Shown one piece after another: positions 23,291 to 39,066 of a DNA stretch of 64,000 nucleotides. The first letter of the stretch is position 1. Every line of letters starts with the position of its first letter. The stretch is taken from positions 348,575-412,574 of the forward strand of contig NW_003314354.1 in the NCBI RefSeq assembly GCF_000143415.4, read 5' to 3'. This stretch comes from Selaginella moellendorffii (Eukaryota; Plantae; Lycopodiophyta). The notes beneath the pieces were generated by a model. It was not told the DNA's origin. It was given only the letters and a program-made list of their open reading frames with translations, and made no database searches. Made by a program: the position numbers and the translations under genes.

Positions 23291-24036
23291 TTTGGCCTAA
23301 TGCTTTAAAAAAAAAAATTTTGCAAGAAAGGGTAAAGGGGATAGATAGGAATTTATCCTTGATAATGGAGTGAAGATAAATGGATATAATAATAGAATGA
23401 AGATAAATAATATGAATTGAGATAAGTACAATGAGTCTAAATGGATCATTCAACCCCAATGTAATGAAGTTGAATACATGCAATAGTAAAATAAGGTTAA
23501 ACATAAATGGTGGAGTGAGGATAAGTGCAACAAATGTGAATGAAACCGATGCTTCAAAATTCAAAGATGTAGAAAATAAATGGAGTGAGTCTAATTTCCT
23601 ATGTGTGGTATTAAATGAAGACAATGGTCATAAGTCTGAATTAATACAAGTCTTAAATGTTCAGCAAAGGGAAGATGTAAAAATAAATTCTGTTTATGGT
23701 TGTGAATTAGAGTTAATGGTGGTTTTAAAAGATTATCAATAAGTAAACTTAAAGACAAAATATATTATTTGCTATAATTGTGCTTTATTGACTGTAATTG
23801 CTCTTAAAGTCCTTTGTTTCGGTTCAAAATTATGATTTTGAAGTTGGTTTGAGCATTTGGTAGTTGCATATAAATTTAAAATTAGTTTATCAAGATTCTA
23901 TAGTTGATTAATGCTTTTGCCATGGCTTTGGATTTTATTTCAGTTATAGTTGTTAGCAATTATATTGATAATTTTGTAGGAACTTTAGATTCTTGTGGTA
24001 GTTCATCTTCCAGAGGGGAGGATGATGTAAGTTCTG

Positions 24037-24196
<160 letters not shown>

Positions 24197-24566
24197 GCCT
24201 AAGTGATATATTAATTATAATACTAATACTATACCATATAGATGTATATAAGTACCCCAATTAATATATTTATATAAGTACCCCAATAGAATTATTATAT
24301 TTATATAAATTTAAATTTATGAAATAATTCATTAAATATGCGAATTAATACATTTTTGTTAAATAGTAAATAGAGAATATCCTAGTATAGTTTCAACTGT
24401 CAGTCGAGAGTTCCTAGTATATGAGTAATAGGCATGTCCTGGAAGTCAACCTCACGTTAATATTGTGGTGGCAGACTTGAGGTTCTTGACTGGCAGCATG
24501 CGTCAGCAGCACGGCCTGTGGTACTTCTGCACCCCCACTCGATGGTCAGCTCGATGTTTAGCCTGG

Positions 24567-26009
24567 TCACGTAAGCCGCCACGATCTCGTGGATCCAACG
24601 GAGTTGAGCTTGTCCGAGACGTTGAGCCTGTCCTGCATGTAAGTCCGGAGACCCGATTCCACGAAGTAGATCTCGGCGTTGTGAGGCTCCGTCGCCAGAG
24701 CCTTCCACCTTTGCCTTGTCACAGAGAGTCGATTGAGTCTGGCACGCCGCCAGGAGCGTCGTCCACGCCTGGCTCGAAAGGCATGCTGTCGATGGGCTCC
24801 TCGGCCCGGCCGAGTAGCCCCTTCCGGCACAGGATCCGCCAGGCAGTCGTAGTGAGCCAGCGCCAGGCTCACGCCATGATAGATGTTGGCGAAGTTGAAG
24901 ACCCGCAGCGTCTCAGGTGGATGACGCTTGATCACTTCCATCATTATCATCCAGTTCTCGCTGAGAGGAGAGTCCGCCACCGTCTCAACAAGTTTGCGGC
25001 GTTTGAGAGGCGGATGGTCACAGTAATGATCCGCCCCCGCCGGTGCCTTCCTCTTGTTTCCAGGCAGCGGGTAGAATAGCCCTGTCAAGGAAAAGAGTTA
25101 GCCGATTCCACAGAAATCACGAAAAAACTTACTCTCAGGGAGAGTAAGTTTGCGGTGATCGAGAGGCGGCTGATCACAGCAATGATCCACCGGTGCCTTC
25201 CTACCACGACCATCAATCTCCGAGTAGAATAGCCCTGTTTACAAGGAAAAGAGTTGGCCGATCCCATAGAAATCACAAACAATCTTACTGTCAGGGAGAG
25301 TAAGTTTGCGACGATCAAGAGGCGGATGATCACAGTCATGATCCACCGCCGCCGGTGCCTTCCTCTTATTTCCAAGCAGCTCTACTGCACCACGATCATC
25401 AAACTCCCCAGTTTAGTGAGCCGACCACACAGAAATCACGAAATAAGCTTACTGTTAGGGAGAGTAAGTTTGCCGTGATCGAGAGGCGGATGATCACAGA
25501 CCGCCGGCGGTGCCTTCCTCTTGTTTCCAAGCACTGTGTTATGATCATCGAACTCCGGGTATAACAACCCTGCTTACAAGAAAAAGCGTTAGCGGAAAAC
25601 AAGCGACAAGACCTTGGAAACCTTGACCCAGCTCGGGCTTCCGGGCGAACTCCTGTAGCTCCACCACCTTTTCATCGTCAGAGTGTAGGATTTGCTGCCG
25701 CTTGGGCGGTTCGACGCTGCAAAGCTGTTCGAGGGATGAATCGTGCTGTACCAAGGAGAGCATCAACAGAAAAGGAAAAAGAAAGGGGAAAATGAGAGAG
25801 GAAAAGGAGAAACGCTAGCCATACCTTTTCCTGTGCAGCTTCGGTTTCCTGAGCCTACAAGCAGGAATGAGAGATTGAGAAGAAGCCCCAAAACTCACCT
25901 CAATTAGAGCATCTAAGTCGCTCGGGAGCTCGTCCTTGACATTCCATTCACTGCATACAAAGTTGAAGGCAAGCACGATTTCCGCTATCTGTAATAGCTC
26001 AAACAACAT
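24567..26009 (-). pseudogene. Lineage-specific spliced gene or pseudogene with four tandemly duplicated exon-intron units
   Basis: Repeated exon ...GNKRKAPA..DH.CDHPPL.RRKL, separated by about 50-nt GT-AG introns on the minus strand. Confidence 0.5.
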
Positions 26010-26199
26010 CTTGGAAAGAAAGAGAGAGCGCTCGCTAGAAACACCAAATCTTAACCTAGTTAAGAAAATGATTTAAGTAACCCTTGAGGGAAACGGTAAT
26101 TGATGTATCTTAGATTAAAATGTGGTTAGATAAATACATTTAGCAGTAAGGTTAATTAAATATATTACTTATTAGGCTTTGAGAATACGTAGACAAAGG

Positions 26200-27190
26200 T
26201 CATACCTTTGTCACCCCCAAAATCTTCCAAGCCAAGAGACCAGTCGTCAATGGGTAGTGAATCTGGAGTTACTCCCTCAATAGTTTCCATTACGGCTTTC
26301 TCAGTGCCAGAGAAGAAAATACACACAGAGTGAGCTTAAAACATACCCAAGGTGTATACAAGGATGGACCATTTCAATCCTGGTTCCAGCAACGCCGGCA
26401 TTCATATTTCAGGGTGGCTGTATGTGATCTGCAGTGAGAATGGTTATAGATCAGGAACTATAGAAGTTTTCTTTCTTCCTACCAGCAGAATCCTGCGAGA
26501 GAGCATGAACTCAATCAGTAGTAGTACACACAAAACCTGTAAGTCTCTCTTAGCATTTGTAGAACGCCTTCGGCCGGATCGACTCCAAACTGAAAGAAGG
26601 AACGCAAATTGCATTAGACAAGGATATTTTTGGTGGCACAAAGACGTACTAGCATGGCGTTGGCCATGCCTGAAAAACAAAGAAAAAAAAATGTAAGAGG
26701 AGACTCTGGAGAGTAAACTATAACTTTGTTACCTTTGTCAATGACCGCATCAAAGGAACAGTCTTGAAACGCACTCATGTCCCGTGAATCTATTGCCACA
26801 TCTTAAGTTTCGTCAAGGAAGATATGGCTGCTGCAAAGAAGTAACATCATCAAGCCCAAGGATACAAGAGAGCTGAGGAACGTGAGCATATCTAGCTTTG
26901 AAGTTGTCAATCACCACCGAAGATAGATCCGTGTTGACGATTTCCTGGTAGCCATCTTCCACCATATCGTTAGACATTGCTGTGTTACATCACTGGAATT
27001 AGTATTCTTTTCTATGGCATCGCTCATTGAGATCTTGGTACCTAAATTGCCACACCCAGCCATCAAAACCCGGGAAGATTTGGGGATGTGCTTACGGACA
27101 ATCGTCTCGAATCTGGAGTAATCCGAGAACCAAAGCATCGGGTTGCTCCGCGTAGCGCTTGTCCCAGTAGGATATCTCGCCATAGCCACC
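26200..27190 (-). pseudogene. EEF1AKMT4/METTL13-like SAM methyltransferase pseudogene
   Basis: YWDKRY, frameshift, WFSDY..VLMAGCGN, MVEDGY..IVNTDLS, SFDAVIDKG; U12-type intron at 26802-26865. Confidence 0.75.
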
Positions 27191-27389
27191 GGGCTCGGGT
27201 GCTGAAGGAGCAATGCGGGGTAGCTACAAGCTCAAAATATTTCGAGAATTTCTTACCAGGGAATTTCGCCGCTGAGAATGGAGGAACCGAGGAGCTGATC
27301 TTCGCAAAGCACCGGATGATTCGCGATCGCACCCTCGCCTCGATGCTGCTGCAGTAGCACGCGCAAGCAATTGAGTGGTTCCGATCGAG

Positions 27390-28440
27390 CGATGGGATTG
27401 TCCGAGATCTCGCTCCAGCTGAATCCGTGTAGCAAGGAGGAAGAAGAGGGAGCGCATGGCAAGGCCATAGCCGGCGCACATCCTCCTCCCGGCGGAGAAT
27501 GGGATGATCTGGAAGTACTGCCCCCCGGGCGAGATAGGAATCGCTCGGGCTGGAATTCGTGGGGGCTTGGGTTGACGAGGAGTTTGCATTCGCGGGGATT
27601 ATGGTGCCATGGCCATCGCCGAGCTCCACGGGGGGAGGGGCCCCAGCGGCAACGCCGGGTAGAGGCGGAGAGCCTCCTTGAGGATCGCCTGGATGAATGG
27701 GAGATTTGGGAGGTCTGATTCTTCCACCCCTCCCGTTCTTCTTGGGCGTTGCGCATGACCTCGGGTTTGCTGATCACTTCGGACATGTACCACTCGATCG
27801 ACTCCATGGAGGTTTTGAATCCGGCACCCACCATATCCTAGAAGAAAGTTCGATGGATCGTCACATCGCAGAGAAGAGGATCCAGAAGGATGATGATCAC
27901 TTACACACAATGATCTCTTGGTCCGAGAGCTTGTCACTGTCGTCCAGGGAGATGAGACCGTCCACAAAGTCGCGCAGACAAACCCATCGCCCCGCCTTCT
28001 TACGCTCCCGGTGCTCCCGGACTTGATCGTCGACCAGCGCCTTCATCCGGGGCATGATCTTGCCCCTCATCTTGGCGTGGACGCCGTGGAGATCCATCCA
28101 GTCGAGGGACGGGATGATCTCGCCGATGTTGAGGTTGATCGCCTGCCAGGCCATGTTGTTGATCGTCTCCACCACCTCGGAACACTCCTCGCTGAAGAGC
28201 GTAAGGCACAGCTGTATCTGGCGAAGAGGGTCCGCAAGTTCACGGGCTCGCTGCGCCGTGATCAATCGAGGATGCCCTCCATGGTGACCTGGAGCTGCGA
28301 TCGGCGGTAGGGGGCACTGGTGGCGAGCATGGCGTTGCTGAAGAGGTTCGTGGCGCAGCATGAGCTTCCCCGGTGAGCGGAAGGCCAGGTCGCTCCAGTC
28401 GAAGCTGAAGATCCGGAAGAACTCCTCCGACTGGGGGCGA
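27390..28440 (-). pseudogene. Cytochrome P450 (CYP71-clan-like) pseudogene
   Basis: ESDLPNLPFIQAILKEALRLYP, FQPERF, PFSAGRRMCAG heme motif; frameshifts and deletions. Confidence 0.88.
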
Positions 28441-30413
28441 TTGGCGAACTCGGCTGATTGGCGGCAGTATTTTCATGCAAACTTGTTTAACATCGTCTGT
28501 ACTTTATGGTGAGCCCTACCAAGTGATATCCAGATAAAGTGTCATGTCTCATGATCACGTTAGGAAAGGGCTTGGGATAGCAAATGGGAAAATGTTGCCT
28601 CTTTATTTGTTACTCAAATGCTTGTGCAGGAGGTTATTGCGTGATCTTCAGGGGCATGTGTAATTGGGTAGGCACTATCATGACTACCTCTTCTTGGAGG
28701 AACAGTTCTCCCAATTGCTGGGAAATACATGTCAGGGTGGATGGACATCAAAATCACACTAGAGCCTATGGCTTCTGCAATTCAGGTATTAAGTCTCTCT
28801 GTCAAAGACTCCAGGTTTGCATCCATCGAGCCTCAGATAAGGGTACTTTTAGAATACTGTTCCTGCATGCAAAATTGCAAGTCGTGGTAAATAGGATCCT
28901 ATCGGAGGGGAACAGAGACATGGTGAAGCATATGTTGCAACTTTTGTTTGACAGGTGTGAAGCTTAAGGCTGCTTCATCACTGGAGATCCAAGAATGTTT
29001 AAAAGGGTACGTATATATGCAGGGAACTCCAGCAGGAATCAGGTATAAAAGTCCAACACTGTTGCTATATGTTCTTTGCAGCTTGGTATTCTTAAGCCAG
29101 AGCCCCTAAGAGGGGACTACCTTGAGTACGAGTTTTTTTATGTTCTGATGAGAGTCTATGAGGGCACTATATACTTTGATTGCAGGACATGGCGCTCGAG
29201 GAGCTTTTTGATCTTTCCTGGGGCAATAGGGGATAATAACCTTCTTCAGATGGAGGTTGAAGCTAAGGGGATAGTGATCATCTCATTAATGAAATGTATC
29301 AATTCTATAATCTCTTCCATGTTCAAGGTATGTTTGAGTGAGACTTAGTACTAATGTATGGATTTATTTTCTTTCTGGATGACATTTATATTACAAGAAA
29401 TGACTACAGATGCCATTATTCATTGTAGTGTAAAGACAAGAGTTTTGCTATTGATACTAGGTTTTTTTTAACAAGCTAAACCAGCAAGAACCTATATGAG
29501 ATTTGGAAGAAAGAAAACCCAGATCAGTGTGCAAGAAGAAAAAGGATACATTACTGTTGCCTTTGATCCCAAGTTTATTATAGAAGGTAGGACAAAGATA
29601 TTTAGTCTTTGCAATGGTACGGCAAAGATGCTGGAGAATGGTTTACTTCTCAATTTCATCGATTTATGCTTAAGCATATGCAATAAGAATTTCTTGGGTT
29701 GTACAAATAATTAATCTGATTCAAACAAATAGATAAGATTCAAAATTTAGAAAAATCATATGTAAACTTCAATATCTGTTATGCGCAGTCGTTTGGGCCA
29801 TAACTAAAAGGCTATCAAGTTAATCTTGTAGATGTTCTTGGTTATCAAGAGGATCTTCAGCCAAATCGATTATTAAGAATTACAAAGAAATTTTGTTACC
29901 TGTACAGAGTCAAACCGTGATGCCTCAAGATATGGAAGCCCCAAAAAGGTAATACACAGATTCACAAAGAAGATTCCCGCAGATTCCGTTTTGAAATCCT
30001 AAAAGTTAAAAAAAATACAGCAATATAATTTGGAAATCCCACTCCTCGTGTTTAGATCGAATTGGGCTCCACGGCTCCAGCTCCCACGTTGCATTCCCAT
30101 CCTCTTCGTCTATGCTCCTCTGCGTTTCTTTTCCACTCGCACATAGGAAATCGCGGGGTGGCTTCAAATTCGGGGAGCGACTCGGCGGGAGAGAACGTTG
30201 CGTCAGACGCCGGCCAGCAGACCACCGATGCTCCCAATAGTGGCGACGATGGGCGGAGTACGCCGGCACACACACTCAAACACGGACAAGTGACGAGCAA
30301 GAAATAGATGGTACTCCATCAAACAAGCGTTTCTTTCTAACGAAACCATCCCTCCTTCCACCATATGATAGAACACTGGATGATCTCCCTCTATGTTTTC
30401 TTCTTCTTCTTCT

Positions 30414-32843
<2,430 letters not shown>

Positions 32844-33115
32844 TTTCTTTTTTGATGATCAAGTACACCACTATGGTTCGACTATATGCTCTGAAAGAAA
32901 TCGATTTTCCTGAGCTTTTGGAGACATCTTTCGCAACAATGGCACTCTCGACTCGCGCGAATCGCGCGGTGAATTGATCTCGAGGGTCGAAGGCTAAAAG
33001 ATGCTATAGCATATGCTTAGACCTCAAATAAATCTGAACCGTAGAATGTTGGACGGTTGAGATGTTCTATGAATGTCTTCTTCCTTTAGCGATTGTCTTT
33101 GTTGGAAGACCTAAA

Positions 33116-35512
33116 ATGCGGGTGGCCTGGAAGCGTCCCCTGAGGAATGGCGGCCTCCCTAGGTTCTTCAGCTCCTCTTCTTCTGGTGCGTTAATTGTGT
33201 AGATTCATTTGTTAGCTCAGCTGATATTGATTGGATCCAGGGCCACGCGCGCGCTACGAGGAGATGGTCGCGCTGGGGATTCTCAAGCACGACGAACAGC
33301 AGCACAGGGTTGCGTCGATGCTGGAGTTGCTGCTGGAGAATTTGAAGATCCACCAGAAGAACATGGAGCTCTACAATGTAAGTTATGTGATGTTTAAGGC
33401 TTTTTTTCTTCTCTCTTTTCGTCTCTAAATATCAGCAGACTTTTAGATTGAGCTCCAGAGCTGGAAGAGAACGAGACATGAATTACGGGAGCAAATGCTG
33501 GAGGAGGAAGCCGAGGCAGAAGAAGCCAGGAAAAATGTGCAAGCGAAAAGAAACTGGAGAGAATCCATATCTAAGATGTTCACGAGGTATGGAAAAACAA
33601 GTTGTTTTGTTTCGTTCTGATGAAAAATTTCATTTCAGGCAAGGAACATTACGGCAAGTTGAACCGGGAGCTGGAAAGATGGTGGCTCGAATAAAACGAG
33701 AGAAAAATCTCGACAACTTAATAGGATGTCGCCCTCTTCCTCCAGAATCTCCCAAAGGAATTTATCTTCACGGAAATGTTGGCTGTGGTAAGCTATTTCG
33801 CTACAATGTTTTTTGTTTTTTAAAAGTCAAGCGTTTGCTTGCAGGAAAAACGTTACTTATGGATTTGCTATTCAATTCCTCAGAAGGTGTTGTGAAGTAC
33901 CGTCGAAGAATGCATTTTCATGCTGTTAGTAGATACTCTCGCTACTTAATACGCTGCTCACTTTCTTGTTTTCTTTCTCAGGCAATGCTGGAAGTTCACG
34001 ATCGCATGCAGAAGATATGGAAAGAATGGCGTTCATCAGAAAAACCGGGTGACGAAGAGGAGGAAGGAGAATTGGAACCGCGAACCGATTCTGTCAGTCC
34101 AATCTTTGATGCTATTGCTGACGAACTCTTAAAAAATGCCAACGATGAAGATGAGTTTGAAGGCGCAAGCTTGTTATGTTTCGACGAGGTCCAGGTATTA
34201 CTTTGGTTTCAGCACCGCTTGTTCTGATTTACTTTCACAGGTAGTTGATCCGTTTACCGCGGTGGCACTAGCCGGAATTTTTGGTAGGCTTCTTAACAGA
34301 GGTCTTGTTCTTGTTGCTACAAGCAATCGTCCTTTCACTGATTTGAACAAGGTCCACAATTCATTACAGTTTTACGGTGTCCGACTTACAACTCTTATTT
34401 CTCTCTTGCCAGGACGGGCTTCAGAAGGAGGTGTTTCTGAAGTTTCTGGAACGCTTGGAAAAACATGTGTGTCCCGTTTCTGTTGACAACAAAGTGGACT
34501 ACAGACGAGTGATAGCAGACTCGTATAACAAGGTGCGTTTCTCTTGGAGTCTTTTATATCACTTACAGATTTCTTTCCAGGACGAGCAAAAGCACTACTT
34601 TTGGCCTTTAAACAGTCAAACTGATGAAAAGTTGAGACTGGAATGGAAGAATGCGATCAGTTCTTTAGAAAAAAACGGCCTGACCGTTTCATCAAGTCGT
34701 GTGCCGGTTATGTTTGGCAGGTACTTACCATCTTTTGTGTCCAAAGATTTGGTAAAATTCCTTTCGTGATTGCTGCAGAGCTCTCGAAATCCCAGAGTCC
34801 TGCGACGGCGTTGCAAAGTTCACTTTCGAGCAACTTTGTGATTACCCTGTAAGTTTCTGTTTCCAAAACTCTTTACGCTTCTGAGAAAACGCACAGCTTG
34901 GAGCAGCGGATTACATGGCTCTCGCCCAAAGATATCACTCTGTTTTCATCACTGGTATCCCTGTCATGAGCATGAAGATTCGAGACAAGGTAAATACAGC
35001 CTCTGTTACGATTTATAACTGACTGTTTCACTAGGCTAGAAGATTCATCACCCTGGTGGATGAACTATATAATCATCAGTGTCAACTCATTTGCACAGCA
35101 GCAGCTCCTCCAGACGAACTTTTCCTTGGAACAGATGAGGGCCCCTTGATAGATCTAGAAGGGTGAGTGCTATCTTCACCAATTCTCTGGTCACAGCTTT
35201 TTATGTTTCCATCCAGGCTACAGTTTGAGACCGAAGCTGAAGGAACGAGGCTCCGAAGAAATGTCCTTGTATCGGGGAACGTCGCCCCAGTCACAGATCA
35301 CAGCAAAGTGCAGCTACTCCTGTCTGGCTACGAGGAAATGTTTGCATTTCGTCGTGCGGTATGTCTTTCCTTATCCTTTACCTCCCAACTTCTGGCTTGA
35401 TCACACCGATCTTTGATATTTGCAGGCCTCGAGGCTTATAGAAATGCAAACCCCTGCCTACACTGTCAAACGCTCGTTAATGGGCCTTTCTCAAACTTCG
35501 AAAGGTACATAA
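33116..35512 (+). CDS. AFG1/LACE1/ZapE-like ATPase, probably mitochondrial (spliced)
   Basis: PKGIYLHGNVGCGKT, RRMHFH, LLCFDEVQ, VATSNR, ARRFITLVDELY, SRLIEMQT. Confidence 0.95.
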
Positions 35513-35665
35513 TAAAGGTTAAGGCTCTTAAGCTAATCAGTTGCCTTTCGTTAAAACCTGAGGTCGAGAGTTCAAGCCTCTCTCACGCAAAGTTTTGGCG
35601 TTGGGTTTTAAATTTTACATTTTGGCGCCAAACACATTTTAGGGTTCTTGTGAAGGGCTTTGGCG

Positions 35666-36868
35666 ATGGAGAATGTGGGGGAGTGCCCGGATCTGGTATG
35701 CGCGATACTTCGCAGGCTGGATCGGCGCCGCGATCTCGCCCGCTGCAGTAGGGTGTCCAGGCTGTGGCGCCGATGCTGCGCCGACGCAAGGGGCTCGGTA
35801 GCGCTCGCCGCGACTCACTTGGTCGGGACAGACAGGGATTTCGATCTCTGGACGCTCGACACCGCCACAGGCAAGCTATGCTTCTCTTCATTCGACACCT
35901 ACTCGGGACGGATCCTTGACTCCGGAATGGATGGATCCAGGATCCTGTGCGCTTGCGAGGGCCTCGTCGTTGTTCTCTTCGACGTGTGGTCGCTCGCAAT
36001 TGGCGAGCCGATCTCGGGCAAATGGCGACGTCTTTGGAATGCGGAATTTCCTCGCGGTGTCGTCGCCGGTGCCTTGTTCCCGGATCCCGATCGCACAGGA
36101 GGGGAGATTGCCCTCGCCATCCTGCAGTACAACGGGAGGGTCGATCGATACAAGTTCGAGGAGGGGCGCTGGGAGCAGCAAAATGCCCCCTTCTGGGGTT
36201 GGTACGCAGATTCCTCGACGTGTTCGCAGCTCTTCTATCAACAGGGTGGCTTGTTCTGCGTCTTCCAGAAATGCCGTGGGCCGTTCCGCCGTTGGCCGCC
36301 ACGCCCTCTCCCGCTCCAGAATGGGATCTTTCGCTACAACTTGGGCGAGAGGAAGTGGTCGCAGCTCCGATTTGGCAGCGATCAGGAGGAAGGAGATCTC
36401 CGCTGGCCCGATGAGCTGCGCTTCTTCCATTGGAATGGCAGGCTCATGCTTTGCTTGTCACACTCTCAGCAAGCCCGCGTTAAGTTTTGCGAGTGTGTCA
36501 CGGATGGTAGCACCGATGGTGATGGTGGTGGTATTCACGGCAGGCTGGTGGAAGTGCCATCCTTTCTGGGGGCCGGGGTCGATGAGTTCTACCGTGAGTT
36601 TGTGGGGAACGAGAACGAGCTGTTTGTGTTCCGGGGCGACCACGCAGTGAGGCTTTCAGGGAAGGACACGTCCAAGACCAGTTTCAAGGTTCCTCGAGCG
36701 ATGATGTCGAGCGTTTCCTGTTACACACCCGATGAAGGAGAAGCAATCGGACGAGTTGCCACGAGAGAAAAGTCGTCAGACACCGCGGGTACGAGCGCCA
36801 CATCTCAAGCCAAGCCAAAGGAGGTTCCAGCTCGGCCTTGGATTGTTGTTGCTCCAGAAAAGAAATAG
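35666..36868 (+). CDS. Intronless F-box protein
   Basis: PDLVCAILRRL..LARCSRVSRLWR; ACEGLV. Confidence 0.8.
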   Translation: MENVGECPDLVCAILRRLDRRRDLARCSRVSRLWRRCCADARGSVALAATHLVGTDRDFDLWTLDTATGKLCFSSFDTYSGRILDSGMDGSRILCACEGLVVVLFDVWSLAIGEPISGKWRRLWNAEFPRGVVAGALFPDPDRTGGEIALAILQYNGRVDRYKFEEGRWEQQNAPFWGWYADSSTCSQLFYQQGGLFCVFQKCRGPFRRWPPRPLPLQNGIFRYNLGERKWSQLRFGSDQEEGDLRWPDELRFFHWNGRLMLCLSHSQQARVKFCECVTDGSTDGDGGGIHGRLVEVPSFLGAGVDEFYREFVGNENELFVFRGDHAVRLSGKDTSKTSFKVPRAMMSSVSCYTPDEGEAIGRVATREKSSDTAGTSATSQAKPKEVPARPWIVVAPEKK

Positions 36869-37435
36869 TTGCTCTTGACATTCTCTCAACCCAAGCGGAA
36901 GAAGGTCCCAGCACGACCCTGACTTGAAATAATGTTCTTGTTCTTGTTAATAATGTTCTTGCTCTTGTTGTTATTTTTGTGCAATATAAGCTACGTCAAG
37001 CCTCATATTCCTTCCTCGTTTTGTAGGATAGTACGTGAGCTTGCTGGATTGGCTCAAGTAGCGAGTAAACACTTTCCTTCCTTTGTCTGGTAAACATCTC
37101 CTGCTCGAAAGCCAGGCCACAGAGCTTCCGAAACCATTGGACGGTATTCAGAGACCTCCTCAAGATGCAAGACATCAGATAGATAATTCCACACAAAAAC
37201 ACACACGCACCTAGAGTATGAAACAGCGAGCTTGGCGTAGAAATCAGAGTCTTCTCTGCCAAGTTGAGGAGCTCCTGGAACTCCATGAAATACGTCAACA
37301 AAGGTGCCAGAGGCGGGGTGCACAAGTTGGAAACTTGTGGATGGTCTCGCTGCTACATCATTCTGGAAATCGCATTATGAAAGCTGGTGGGAGGACAAAT
37401 TGTAAGTGAGATTTTAGGGTTAGAGAAGGTAAGCA

Positions 37436-38659
37436 ATGAGCATGCTTCTTGGGTATGATATACTGGTACGCATCTTGCTGTCGCTCGGCTGGGAATCACT
37501 ATTGCAAGCCCGCCGCGTCTGCAAGGAGTGGAGAGCCATCATCAAATCCGCGGAGTTTAAGGCGCTTTGGCGGCCGCGTTCGAGCGACGAAGACCGTGTC
37601 CTCCTGACGGCTTACACCTCCCACTGGCAGCGTCACCCTCGACCACTCCACGTCTGCGCCTGGAGCCCCAAGTCGCGCGTCGTCTCTCCGCTCCCGGGGT
37701 GGATGAAGCTCCCGCTCCCGCCCGGCTCCTTCTTCGACATCGTCGCCTCCTCCGCAGGCCTGGTGCTCATCCGCCAGCCGTCTTGGTCCGACCGTGAGAC
37801 GCCCGGGGTGGAGTTCACGGTGGGCAATCCGGCAACCAACGAGTGGGTCAGCATCCCACGCCTGGATCCGCAGCAAGCCGGTCGGATCTACGGCATGAGT
37901 GCCGACCCGGCGACTGGGGAGTTCAAGCTGCTGGACAACCATAACTGGCGTGTCTACGAATCAAGTTCACGGGCCTGGGGCCCGACCCTGAGGATGCCTG
38001 CCATCTCCGAGACTGGCGAACTCAACGATAACACAGATACGCTGGGGTGTCTCCCTTTCGTGTGGGAGCACAAGGGAGTGCGCTACCGGGCGTGCGCAAT
38101 CGCTGATACCTACGGCAAAGTCACGTACAAGGTGTGGGTGTGGACCGGCCAGTATCGAGATGTTGCGAGCGATGTCTTGGACCTCTACTTCGACTCCATG
38201 GATGGCGCTGGTCAGTGGCTAGGGATTGCGAGCATGGACTTGGACAAGACGGGTGTCTACACTGACTGGTCCATGGCGCTCGAGTGCCAGGCCGAGGGCA
38301 ATCTCGTGTGCCTGGCCGGCCAGTGCCGCCATTGCTACGACGACGGTGAGAAGTGGGCTGACGAAGGTGGCGAGCCTCTGCCACCCGTGGTCTACGACTT
38401 GGATCGCGACGAGTGGATGTACGTCCGTGCCAAGAGCGACGAGGGTGTGCAGTACCGGCGGGCGGTGGTTTACCGCCCCTCGCTTGTGAAGCCCTCTGGC
38501 GTGGAAGGAGCTGTGGCGCTTGATCCCGAGGGTGGCGAGGGGCACAAGCGCAAGAGGGAGCAGCAGCCGCTAGACACGGTTGCCAGGATCCGGCAACACA
38601 GGATGAGAGCATTCGGAATAGAGGCTGAGGTGTACGAGGACATCTTTTTCATGACGTGA
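37436..38659 (+). CDS. Intronless F-box protein (FBA/kelch-like C-terminus)
   Basis: DILVRILLSL..LLQARRVCKEWRAII; SSAGLV; VGNPATNEWVSIP. Confidence 0.85.
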   Translation: MSMLLGYDILVRILLSLGWESLLQARRVCKEWRAIIKSAEFKALWRPRSSDEDRVLLTAYTSHWQRHPRPLHVCAWSPKSRVVSPLPGWMKLPLPPGSFFDIVASSAGLVLIRQPSWSDRETPGVEFTVGNPATNEWVSIPRLDPQQAGRIYGMSADPATGEFKLLDNHNWRVYESSSRAWGPTLRMPAISETGELNDNTDTLGCLPFVWEHKGVRYRACAIADTYGKVTYKVWVWTGQYRDVASDVLDLYFDSMDGAGQWLGIASMDLDKTGVYTDWSMALECQAEGNLVCLAGQCRHCYDDGEKWADEGGEPLPPVVYDLDRDEWMYVRAKSDEGVQYRRAVVYRPSLVKPSGVEGAVALDPEGGEGHKRKREQQPLDTVARIRQHRMRAFGIEAEVYEDIFFMT

Positions 38660-39066
38660 ATTCTCTTTAAAAGTTGTAAAATAAAAGTGTAGAAGTCAGA
38701 ACTGCCATCTAAATCGAAGTAGGCGAAACCTCATATTGTTCTACAGAGGGATTGTATGATGTGAGCAATGATCTCTGGATTGACAATTTTTAATCTTCTA
38801 TGCGACTTGCGAGCTCCAGAGTTCTGATGGTCAATTCCTCAGTCGAGTAGACTTGAAAATTTACTCAGGGAAAAAAGTATAAAACCGTAGTTAAAGAAAA
38901 AAAGAAAAAACGATTTTGTCTTAAAGCATCCAACACTTCAAATCTCAGCCGTAAATTCTTACAGTCTTCTCAGATCGCTTAGCAAACCACCATAAAATTC
39001 TAGATCAAAATCCGGGGTTTAAAAGCGAGAGCTGGTTTGCCCTAAATTCTCGTTGCCAAGGAGGGC

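Noticed and set aside
28480-29900. Exon-like degenerate fragments
   Set aside because: Multiple stops and no family I can recognise; left uncalled.
36996-37325. 109-aa minus-strand ORF between the F-box genes
   Set aside because: Non-ATG start and no recognisable domain.
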